Shown here: in pieces, positions 1 to 10,840 of the stretch
Numbering within the stretch: the first letter of the stretch is position 1
Layout: each line of letters begins with the position of its first letter
Assembly: GCA_965153455.1 (NCBI GenBank)
Contig: OZ234494.1
Span: 3,596,001-3,660,000 of the forward strand
Direction of reading: 5' to 3'
Source of the DNA: Sphagnum compactum
Taxonomy: Eukaryota
DNA: 64,000 nt
Made by a program: the position numbers and the translations under genes
Notes under the pieces: model-generated
Told to the model about the DNA's origin: nothing
The model's database searches: none
The model's input: the letters and a program-made list of their open reading frames with translations, nothing else

Positions 1-260
1 TGGTCCCATATTTTGAGACATTCTCACCAGTTGGTCCCATATTTTGTCACAATCTCACCAGTTGGTCTCATAGTTTCAGACATTCTCTCACCAGTTGGTC
101 CCCATATTTTGAGACAATCTCACCAGCTGGTCTCATAGTTTCAGACATTCTCTCACCAGTTGGTCCCCATGTTTTGAGACATTCTCACCAGTTGGTCCCC
201 ATATTTTGAGACATTCTCACCAGTTGGTCCCCATATTTTGAGACATTCTTACCACCTGGT
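1..260. repeat. Minisatellite, ~31-33 bp unit (tctcaccagttggtcccatattttgagacat), ~8 copies, truncated by window start
   Basis: Unit is visibly reiterated with small indels. Confidence 0.9.
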
Positions 261-3200
261 GTAACTTGTTACTGCGAACTGACTGTGTGAGTTCCTTTTT
301 TGTTTGGGAACTTCAGGGAACGTTTGAGAGCTCTTTAATGTTAACTGTGAGTTCCATTTTTTAGGGAACAACTTCTGGGAACCTTGGGAGTTCTAATGTG
401 AACTGTGAGTTCCATTTTTCTGGGGGAACTTCAGGGGAGCTTTGGGAACTTATTTCATCATTTATTTAAAACACTCATTTATTCTGAACTTTGTCATTGT
501 TGGAAAAAAGAGTTAACTAGACTTCTATCTATGGATGCCTCTTCTTACCCATGGTTCAGCTGCTGGGTGTTTCCTAACCAGCTGCTGTGGTTAAGCTAGT
601 ATATACTTAACCCAGCTTATAATTCACCATTGCCTCATTTTGTCCAAGTTATGTTCTCAAATTGAATTGATTCAAATTTTGAGGTCTTCATGAGATCAGT
701 GTTTTCTTTTAGGGGGTGACTTTTTTTTTCTCTTTTTAACCTAAAAAAAATATGATTTCACACATACAAAGGATTTTCATCAAAAGAAAATAGCCCTAAT
801 TTGCCAGGTTTCTAGAACAGGTTCCAGCAGGTAGCCAAAATTCATAAATTTTGTGAAATTTTATATCTGGTCTATAACCAAAATATTGCTATATCTTCTT
901 GTGGATGATCACCAGTAGCCATCACAAAATAGGAATAAATAATAAATAGTAAATAATAATAATAACCTAAGTCTTTATCTGAAAAGACTTAGTTATATTT
1001 TTCACATTTTGGAACTCGGAATATAATTGTTGCAATGACGTTTCAATTGACAATTGTTATGTATACATATACATTGGTGAGTGAATTTAGTATTACCTAA
1101 TTTGAACACTCACTACTGAGCAAAGAAATCCTTCTCTCTCCCATTTGCATCAGTAGTAGTTGGGAAGTCCTAAACCCTAATAAGCCCTTTGGTCCTCAAA
1201 GGAAATATGTCCATCATGTGTAGTAGTAGTTCCCTAAAACCTAAACCCTAAACCCTAGGTAGAGTAGTTCATAGAAGCAGAGCAAGAATTATTCATTCAT
1301 ATTAAAAATGGCCATTTTCTCCCGACCACCCAATGCACCACCCCACTTGTTAAATCCATTCATCTATGGTCGCAAAACACGATATTTGTATGTGAAAATT
1401 TGATCTAGAGACAAATTCTCTAGAGACCATATTAGAAATTTGGCCATTGCCTATTATTGGAATTTTTGAAATTATATTTCAATTTGTACTATTGATATTT
1501 CTAAAATAAGTTGGTGCATAAGAGGGAAAAAAAATCAAATTAAATATTTGAATAAACTGCCAAAAGGACAAAAAAATGTAGATTTCAGATCTGAATAAGT
1601 TGGCAAAAAAATGGGGAAAAAAAATAAATAATCAGATTTTAAAAACAAGTTCGTAAAAGAGGGGGCTTAAATCATATTTTCAGATCTAGATAACTTGCCA
1701 AAAGAGGGGAAAAAATTCAGATTTTAGATTTAGCCAATTTGGCATTTAAAAAGGCCTTAGCCTTAGCCCTTTGCCTCCCTTTCTCCCCAATTTAAGGGTG
1801 CTTAGGGTTTTTCACAAGGTGGTTCAAAACTCACGACCTCTTTGGTTTAAATTTTTCAACTAACTTTAGGCTATACCTTAGGTTGTTTTATTTTAAGTTA
1901 ATATATGTTATTTCAAGTTATACTCTAAATTATTCAAGGTCATTCTATTTTATGTTATTATAAATTATTTTATCCTAAGTATAATAACTTAAAATAATCT
2001 AAAATAAAATATAATGACCTAAGGTAAAAAAAACTTAGAAAGAAGAAGAAGCTAAACCATAAGACATTTTATCACAAGTGTGGAAAGTTTGTCCAATACA
2101 CAAATTGTTCATCTTGTATTTCATTTCAACCCAAAAAAATCTTCCATCACATTCACCATCCAACCTTTTTCACTAACTTCTCACATCCTCAACACTCAAT
2201 CTTGTTCTAATCACAACACCATTGCGAAGGTTTAGATACCCCAAAAAAACAATGAAAACGTTGGTAAGCATTTATATTCCACACTTCCAAAACAAAGGTG
2301 AAAAGCAAGGATGCCTCCAAAAAATGTTTTTGCTCTTCAGAATACAAAGCTCAAGGTATCAAAACTTTTTTTTTCTTTTTTTTCTTTTCATGCATCTTTC
2401 AACTGTGGTTTCATTTGCAAAACTACTAAAACTATTTCTGTTTTATGGATTTAGATTTTGAAAGTTGAAATTTTTATATCTAGTCTCGCAAGCAAAATTA
2501 GAAGTGATTTATATAAAAAAGTCTCCATTCAAAACAAAAATATGTATTGCATATTATAGTTTTTTTTTTGTGAAACTTGCTTTGGCTTCCTCTTTTGAAG
2601 TTTCATTTATGAAACTTCATGTGTTTTACATCTACTTTCACAAGCAAAAATTGAGTCAAATTTTCTTTTTTAGGTTTCCATGTGCAAAACAATGTTTTTA
2701 ACAGCAAGTCTCACTTGTGAAACTAAATCTGGTTTAGTGTTTTCTAGTCACATTTGCATTTGAGTACATAAGGTTTCTCCCATGAAACCATAATATACAT
2801 TTTGCTATTTTTTTTCCATTTTTTTTTTTAACATCTAGTTTTCACTTGCAAAATTAGTTAAATTATTTCATTTCCTTTTTATTTGGTTCTAATCAAATTT
2901 GATTTTGGCCATTTAGATATTAATTGTTACCTCATTTGGAAATTGTTGTAAAAGAAGGTGCTTTTGAAAATTCCTCCCACGATTTGGCCAAGGTCATGGA
3001 AGACATATTTGAAACCTTTTAACCCACTTTTGCCATTCAACAAGCTTGCTTATGTGAAAATGTGAATAATGTTCATATTATTTTGAAGAATCTCCTCACT
3101 GAAGATGAAATCATGGACATCCCATTGTGCAAAATGGTTCCAATGCAAATTGTTAGACTTGCAAGTTGACATAGCAAATGTCATGTGAAAAGAGTTTTAC

Positions 3201-4576
3201 ATTGGTTATCATTTAGGTTCTCAAATTTTCTGTCTCTTTAAAAAAACATTCATGGTGAATTTGAAGATGTTGCACCTAAAAAATAGATGTCTTGTAATTC
3301 CATATGGAGATTTGTGAATGAAAAGTTTGAGGCATTTTTGAACACAAAACCAACCCTTTCACATTTGAAGGTAAGTTTTTCCATGTTTGGGATGGCACAA
3401 TTGACTTGAAGCATGTTTGCTTCATATTAATCAAATGCATACTAATGACGAAACTTGGCATGTGTGTTTAAGAATATGGGTCCTTAATGTTAAGATAAGG
3501 AATCAAGGGTGCCTTAGGACACTTATGGACAATGTCAATATGTAAATGATCTTTTACCTTCATTTCTTTATCATGGTTGTTTAAACATTCATTGTATAAT
3601 TCAATATTCATTACTTGTTCTACGCCTTGCATGTTCTTAATATCTTGTTTCTCATTTTCCATTTTTAGGTCCAATGACAAAATTGATGGGACCCAAAAGT
3701 TTGTTTCACACAATTTTTAAAGTCAACATGATAAGCATGATAATGTTGATAGAGAAGCAATATGAAAATTCAATGAACAAGGAGGAAGGGCATGTTTAGT
3801 ATTCTTTCACACAACTAGCCTTTGTTAAAATCTTGTTCAAGGTACAATTTTTCATACATAATTTTGGTTCATGGTAATTCACAAAAAATGATTGTGATGT
3901 TTTGAACTGGTCATCTCACATGTTTGTTGTATATAGCATGAGATTATGGAGGCCAAACATGATGCTATAGAATTATACAAGCTTGAAAACCTAAACAATC
4001 TAACAACTACTATGTTAGAACAAATAATGGCTGACACCACTTCAAAAGCTAGAGAAGCTTTGCAACACAAACTTGTGAAATTACTACCTATCATTGATCC
4101 AAAATTGGGACATGAATTTTTTCAACAAATCAAAATCCACTACTTAAAAAATATTGATCTAAAAATGACATAATCTATCAATTGTACAATGTTGCCATTT
4201 CAAAGGTTGATGCCAAGGAAAATACCCATGGCTGAAGATTTGGAATGGTAACAAAACCATGAAAGAAGAAAATCATTTCACCTTGGGACTATTCAAAGAC
4301 AATGGTGCCTTGTGCAATAAATGAACTTGGTGGAATTAAGTATTTAGCTCAACTTCCACCTTAACCAACCCTTTCCCAATTGGGCTTTCAACCACCCATA
4401 GTTCATGCTAACATGCAAACACAAACATAAGAACACCCATATTATGCTACTTTTCCATTTTTATCTCATGATAAAAGTTGTACATTTGAGATGAAGGTTC
4501 CCTTGTCCAATTCATCAAGATGCTTGATGATATCGAATAGCAAAAAAGAATTTTTCCATCACCTTTAAAAAAACTA

Positions 4577-7500
4577 TTTTTTTTTTTGGCGCCCCGCTCT
4601 TAGATGTAGGTTGACTAATCGTCGCTGGTGTCAGCTGCGAAGCCAGCGTTCAGCCGGCGCACTCGCAAGCAATCAGCTGCTCCCCAACGCTTCGCTGGAG
4701 CGCGACGGAAAGGCGCTGATTGATTTGGTAGATGGTCTGTCCTTGGGGTCGGTTGTGTTTGTCAGCATGACGGATGGCGATCTTGCGGATCATGATGCGC
4801 GTCTCGGGGGCGGAGCTGCCGAACGTCTCCCAGGCCATGGTGATCAAGCGCAAGCCATTGCGGCGACACTTTTCGTCGTCATCGGAGTGCTTCTTGGCGG
4901 CGGTGGCCTTGGCAACGACCAGACTTTTTCCCGCCGCATGATCGATGAAGGTGGGCTGTAGTGAGTGTGTAATCACAGAGTCCAGGCAGGCATCCTGGCC
5001 GGCGCAGAACATCGGGAGCAGGACATCAGCGGGACGATCCTTGCGGCCGGCGATTAGGCCGGTCTTCTCGAGGCGGGACTTGAGACCCGCCTCATTGGCG
5101 ATGATGTTCTGCGGTCGTGGCGGCGAATGGTGTACGGCCCGTGCCTGCAAGTCACGGCGTGGTCGCCGTACGGGTCCATCACGTGCAGACAGCATTTCGG
5201 GCAGCGGACGGCTGGGCATGTCTTCAAGGCCAGTCGGAACTGGACGACATGCTGGAAGTGGCGCGGTGGTAGGGTGAGGCCGAGATAAGGCAACGGCAGG
5301 GCGGTGACGTACCCCAACGCCCAGCCAGCGCGCAAAGACTGGAGGCGCCCCTTGTTGCGCACGTTGCTGTCAGCGAATAGGCGGTCGTACTCGGCCTCGT
5401 TCATCAGGTGCATGATCTTGGACTGGATGCCGGCGCCCGACGCTTCGGGGTTGAACTGGAGGATCTTGTTCAGGGCGGCGAAGTTGCCCGGGTTTACGCG
5501 TTGACGTAGGCGCTCAAACTCGGTGCTCAGGTCGTCGATCGGGTCCGCGTCAGTGTCATTACGGCCGAGCAGTTTATTGACCAGGCCGGCAGTGCCTAGG
5601 CGCGAGCTGACGTAGGCGGCATCGGGGTGGTCCTCGACAATGCCAATGGCCAACCCGGCCTTGCCGATCGGCAGGTGGGCCTGCTTCCATGCGAGCGGGT
5701 CGTCGATTTGGGCGGAGAGTATGGCCTTGATTGCCATCTGCCAGTTCTAGTCGGCGGTCTGCAGCTCGTTGCGGATACAGTCGCGGTGCACGGTGCAGAG
5801 CAGGTGGTTGATCTTGGACGAGTTGGTGCTGCCGCGCAGGATGATCATCTCAGTTTGCGGGTCGTTGATGTACGGGATGCGATCGAGGATCGACTGGATG
5901 TTGTCGATCTTGGCCTTGATGAAGTCTTGCACGTACAGGTCGAGGCCGATTGGGCAGCCGAGCGTCTTGTGGCCGTCGTTGAATGTCTTGAACTTAATCG
6001 ACGCCAGGAACAGGCACCGCAGGTCGATCGCGTCGGCGTCGCTGGTGATCGACGACTTGTGTAGTTGCAGGTGGAGGCCGTGCTCAGGTCCGTCGTCGAC
6101 AAACATCTGGACGGCTCGACTCGTGTCATTGAGTGTGCCGACGATCTTGCCATCATCGAGGTACCACGCGTTCAGCTGCAGGTCGGGGATGATGTTGTGC
6201 ACCTTAAGGAGGAAGGCGTGCAGGGTCAGCGAGAACAAGAGGCCGGCCAGCGGGTCGCCCTAGTCGACGCTGGATGTCAGCGAGAACACGTGATCCTCAT
6301 AATACAGGCGGCCCGCCTATGTGTAGACGGCGGCGACAAACCGCGCCATGCCCAGCAGCTTGTCGAGGACCGATTGAATGGCGGTTTGGCGTAGGCCGCG
6401 CCCGTAGACGTTCTATAGGTCCAGGTCGACCCCGACATGCGTCTTGCGGTCGATGGTGTCACGCAACATGTTGGTGGCGTGCATGATCGCTTCGGCCCCA
6501 CCGGCGACACCGGCGCCGAGCTGGAATGGGTTCAGCAACTCGGCAATTGCGACGCACTCCTTGTCCAGTAGGCACTTGCCAACGATGCGTCAGTCCAGCA
6601 GCATCAGGTTCAGCTGGCGGATGTCGTACTTGGTCGGGTCGGCGCATAGCGCCTCCTGGGACGCTTCCTTGATGAATAGGATGGCCCGCCCGCCGTCAAA
6701 GTACGGGCCGATGGCCTTCGGCCAGGCGCCCTGTGCCAGCACGTTGACGAAGCGGTTGTACGCCCGCTGAAAAGCGTCCGCCGCGTTGGCCGAGGGAGCG
6801 GCGGCGTAGTACTTATAAAACTCGGCGCGGTTGTCGTCCATGCCCGGCACGGTGCCCTTCGGGATGCTGTTGACGATGAGCATGATCTGGCCCTTCTTGA
6901 AGTTGTGGCCAGCGCTCGCTCGACTCCGCCACGCCGCACGACATCAGGGCACGCGCGGCGCAGCCTACCTTGCCACATTACACTAGCTTCTTTGCGTGCT
7001 TGGCATTTTGGATGATCAGTTCATCGCCCTCGAGGCGGTACGACGGGGCGGAGATGCGGGCCGGGCAAACTTCGGCCATCGCTGACGCCCATTGGGCGGC
7101 TTGACCGCCAGGCTGCAGCCATTGGACGCAGCGATCGACAATTTGCGTGGCGAACGACATCGCGAGCTGGGTGCCACCGCGGATGGGCGTGCGCAGGATG
7201 GTCTTGGTGAACATGAAGTGCGATAGCCAGCACTCCAAGTTGGTCGGCTAGTCGGAAAGGTCGTTAAGGATAGTTGTCCAGAGCTGAGTGACGGCGTTGA
7301 TCGCGTCCTCGGGTATGTAGTCGGACATGGGTAGAGTAGGAGTCAGGATCCGTTCCATGCTGGGCAGGTTGAGGTTCTGCGCCAGCCTTTGCGCGCCCTC
7401 CGAGGAGTTGTTGCCGAGACGACCGGCGTCGACTTGAATGGGATCGACATCATCTCGGCGCTCCTCGAGCAGACGCGTTAGGTTGGTGTTAGATTGCTGC

Positions 7501-7841
7501 AGGTTCTTGAAAATGCGACGATGATCACGGCAGCGCTCCGCGTCGCCGATGCACGGGGTGTACAGCTTGGTGCAGTCGATGCACGCCTTGAGGCCCGAGA
7601 AGAGGAGGTAGTCGCTCATCAGGTCGACCAGGTCCATGTGGTGCGTCTGCACGTGGCTCCTAAAGGTGCTGCCGGTCGACGCCCAACCCTTGATGTACGC
7701 GTTCGTCTCCCGGCACGCCAACGTCGGGCAGACGTGCTTGGTGGTGTTGTCGATGACCCTAGTGAAGACCTACGTAGTGCTCGTCCGGGGGGGGGCGGCG
7801 GCGGGGCCGCCATGGGGACGGACCTACGCTGAAAATGAATG

Positions 7842-7877
<36 letters not shown>

Positions 7878-8191
7878 ATTTTGAGGAGAAATTCTAAACA
7901 CTAACGACGACGCGCCGCACAAGATTTTTTCACTTTTTTTTTTTTTTTTTTTGTTGGAAAAGAAATTCCGATTTCAGACAAATAAAATAAAACCTATTAC
8001 AAAAAAAAAAGAAAAAGTTTGAATTAAACAAGGCGAACTTGAACGGTAGGCCTACTATGCACGTAAGATACCTATAGAGCAGCCCGACGAAAGAGAGGGC
8101 AGGGGAGGGGTACTCGATGAATGAACACGGGGTGGGGGGGCTCCTCCCGCTCCTGCTGTAGCCAGCTGGCGTTGCAGCGAAAACAGTGGCG
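4577..8191 (-). mobile_element. Non-LTR retrotransposon with restriction-like endonuclease (CRE-like clade), near full length, inactivated
   Basis: Sharp GC-rich block in AT-rich DNA. T11 at 4577-4587 is the poly(A) tail of the minus-strand element. One decayed ORF has an N-terminal C2H2-like finger (CPTLAC...HVQTHH), RT motifs (PFQLGAG..GGAE, [Q]GDPL, WYLDDG), a CCHC knuckle (CPKC..MDPYGDHAVTC) and an RLE (RHD..RPADV..LD..ITH..KKH..WETFG). The 5' boundary is approximate. Confidence 0.9.
4650..7813 (-). pseudogene. Disrupted single ORF of the retrotransposon (zinc finger, RT, CCHC, RLE endonuclease)
   Basis: ORF-track pieces 7248-7721, 6978-7238, 6590-6883, 5747-6238, 5054-5737 and 4650-5219 join through 8 in-frame stops and ~3 frameshifts (near 7790, 6915 and 5110). 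The probable ATG is at 7813. Confidence 0.85.
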
Positions 8192-8962
8192 ATTTCAATA
8201 TGGTCTTCACATTCTTTGTTGCATTTCTATTCATGCAAAAAGGTTTAGGTGTAGGTTTGCATTGGGCATTCTAACCTTGTCAATGGGAAGAAGAAGAATT
8301 GCGTAATTGAAATAATATTGGTTAATTGCCCTAATGGTAACCTTGTTATTGGTTATATTAATTCCCAAAATATATTGAAAATGGAATATTTTAAAGTTAG
8401 AATATTATAATAGTCCATTTGGACTTGCATATTCCCTCCTTGATCAAGACAATGGATGTATAGTCTTCATTCACAAAATGGATGCAAATTCTATGGGGCA
8501 ATTGACAATTGTGCCAAAAGAAGTTCTAGTTTTGAATTGAAGAAGAAATTTTATTACATCAATTCAGTTGAGGACGACGAGTTCACACTTGGGCCAAGGG
8601 CACAGCCCACACTAGTTTGTGTTAATTTTGCATTACCAATCTTGCAGTGTTTTTTCTTCTAAACTTAGTGATGTTGCTCAAGTGGCAATGGGCCACAAGT
8701 ACAAACAATTTAGCCAAATTTGACAAACATTCAAAATATGAAAGTATAAAATCTGATGTACAATTTCATATTGTGAACAATTGTGGAGATTTCTGGCGAT
8801 TGTGTGTGTGCTCTTCAGTTGTTTATAAATACATATATTTCTTTCTTTCGCCATTCTTGGAATTTTGGGTCTTTATTTGTCTCAATTATGTTAAACCTCA
8901 GTTTTTGTCTTAATCATGCGAAATGGTAGTTTTTGGCTTGATCATGTTAATCCTACAGTAGT

Positions 8963-9080
8963 AGGGTTTCACGGGATTTAGGGTTAGGGTTTCAGGACGA
9001 TGAGGATGATGGTCGACAGCACCGTGCAGTTTAGGGTTTCACGGGATTTAGGGTTAGGGTTTCAGGACGATGAGGATGAT
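8963..9080 (+). promoter_or_regulatory. Duplicated ~50-bp block with telo-boxes (TAGGGTTT = AAACCCTA reverse complement) upstream of the LLP-like gene
   Basis: tagggtttcacgggatttagggttagggtttcaggacgatgaggatgatg occurs twice ~69 bp apart. Telo-boxes are established motifs near plant translation and ribosome-biogenesis genes. Confidence 0.55.
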
Positions 9081-9226
9081 GCTCGAGAGCAGCGTGCGAG
9101 AGACAGATCTAGAGAGGGTTGCAGCGAGCGAGCTTCGATCACAAGACAGATTCGCGATCCACGCGATTCTTGTGGCAAGAATTGCTTGTTGCAGTTTTGT
9201 GTTGTCTGTTTTTTTTTGCGTAGCTA

Positions 9227-10585
9227 ATGGGAAAGTCCATCAGGTCCAAGAGGTTGAAGAGGCTGCGTACTTTGAAGCGCGAGTTGGTAGCTCCACACTA
9301 TGATGCCAAGGAGCTCGCCAAACTGGCAGCACAGGAGGCGGCCGCTCAAGCACCCAAGATTGAGCTCCCGAACACGAGACGATGCTCCGAGTCGGAAGCC
9401 ATGGGTAAATCTTTAATCTACCGAACTCCAAACATCTATCCCTTCCTTACTGTCTTCTTCGATGAGTTTGGTTTAATGTACAAAAATCATGCACAGGTGC
9501 CATGTATGGTAGTGTAATGAAAGTACATGACCGCATGTTCTCTTTTGATGTCAGAAGACAATGTGCGCTAGTTTGCTGTTCTGAGCACATTTCATCTCTG
9601 GTAGTATGACTTGCAAAGAAGAAGAAAATACTTGTCTTGTTTGTCTTAGAAGGAATCTGGAAGGAAGAAGGCTACTGCAATAAGCAAACATCTTAAGGAG
9701 CAGTGAAGCGCCAAGAAGGTATCTGCAGGTATCGGGTTTAGGGTTATGAATTTGAGCATTAAAGATGTCTGTCTTGGAAGGAATTTGGAAGGAAGAATGC
9801 TGCTACGATAAGGAAACATCTTAAGGAGGAGTGAAGCTCTGAGAAGGGTATCTGCAGGTGTGGGGTTTAGGGTTATGAAGTTGAGCATTATAGATGTCTC
9901 TCTTCAAAGAAATCTGGAAGGAAGAAGCCTGCTGCAATAAGGAACATCTTAAGGAGCTGTGAAGCTCTGAGAAGGGGTCTGTGGGTATCAGGTTCCGGGT
10001 TCTGAAGTTGAGCACTATAGATGTCTGTCTTTGAAGGGAGAATGGTACGATAAGGAAGTTGAGCAATTTTCAATCTGTTGCTTTTTCTTTTTCTTTTTTG
10101 GTGCTTTGGATACACAAAATGATCATGTTCTTTTAGATCACACAGGTGCAATGGTAGTAACATGTTTGCTGCAACATGACTGCAAAAGAAGAAAATGTTT
10201 TATGTGGGTAGAGAAGTGCAGAGGGGTAGGGTTTTCACACAGAAGAAAAAGCTGCATTCAATAAATTGGTATCACAGGTTTAGTAGGAAATGTGAGTTGG
10301 TCATAGATTTGAGGATGTTCAATCTCTACTATGGAAGTGCAGCCAGGGATTTTTGTAGCTAAACAAGCATGTTGTTCAACTGTGCATGCAGCTGTGGATG
10401 AGGAGCAAACACGAGGAAGAAGTGGGCAGAGTGTCACAAGTGCAATTAATGATGCAGATGTGGCCAGCGGAAGTGTAGTAGTCACAGGACGGTTGTTGCA
10501 ATCAAAGGGAGGCATTAAGAAGAGAGGGAAGAGCCAAGGCCGTCTGAAGAAAGAAAGGCATCACAAGAAGAAGTTGCAATTCTAG
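9227..10585 (+). CDS. LLPH: LLP homolog / LAPS18-like small basic nucleolar protein; exons 9227-9404 and 10392-10585
   Basis: N-terminus MGKSIRSKRLKRLRTLKRE matches the LAPS18/LLP family pattern. A GT-AG phase-1 intron joins to ...AVDEEQTRGR...KKERHHKKKLQF*. Confidence 0.75.
9648..10031. repeat. Intronic tandem repeat, ~129 bp unit, 3 copies
   Basis: gaaggaatctggaaggaagaa...catcttaagga...gagcatta.agatgtct recurs three times. Confidence 0.85.
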
Positions 10586-10624
10586 TTATGTGAAGAAATG
10601 AGATGCAGAGAGAAAATAGCATAT

Positions 10625-10840
10625 GTGGAGGAGCAAACACAAGGAAGAATTGCGCAGAGCATCACAAGTGATATTGGTGATGCTATGGCCAGTGGAATTG
10701 TAGTTACAAGAAGGTTGTTGCAATCAAAGGCAGGCAGGCATCAAGAAGAGAGGGAAGAAAGAGCCAACACCAGCATCACAAGAAGTTGCAATTCTAGTAT
10801 GTGAAGAAGGGAGATGCAGAGAGAGAAAAATGGCATATGT
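10625..10840 (+). pseudogene. Degenerate tandem copy of LLP exon 2 plus start of 3' UTR
   Basis: VEEQTQGRIAQSITSDIGDAMASGIVVTRRLLQSK aligns to VDEEQTRGRSGQSVTSAINDADVASGSVVVTGRLLQSK, then shifts frame. The downstream ttgcaattctag.tatgtgaagaa is also duplicated. Confidence 0.85.

Noticed and set aside
1-260. CRISPR-like appearance of ~31-bp repeats (also 40995-41330 and 46060-46355)
   Set aside because: Units are contiguous with no unique spacers, there are no cas genes, and the context is eukaryotic. They are minisatellites.
1230-1260. Interstitial telomere (aaaccctaaaccctag)
   Set aside because: Only 2-3 imperfect units, and the motif is scattered throughout the window.
2900-4560. Short ORFs in AT-rich DNA flanking the retroelement (also 8200-8800, 31500-31950 and 63500-64000)
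   Set aside because: They look like decayed coding or TE remnants, but I recognise no diagnostic motif.
4611-7842. Many overlapping plus-strand ORFs over the retroelement
   Set aside because: They are antisense shadows of a GC-rich coding sequence with no recognisable domains.
8040-8191. HDV-like or hammerhead ribozyme at the retroelement 5' end
   Set aside because: The region is GC-rich with small stems (gccc...gggc), but I could not assemble the nested pseudoknot or a CUGANGA/GAAA core by eye. A covariance-model search would be needed.
9500-9590. Possible intronic box C/D snoRNA ending ctgagcac in the LLP intron
   Set aside because: No convincing box C (RUGAUGA) at the expected position.
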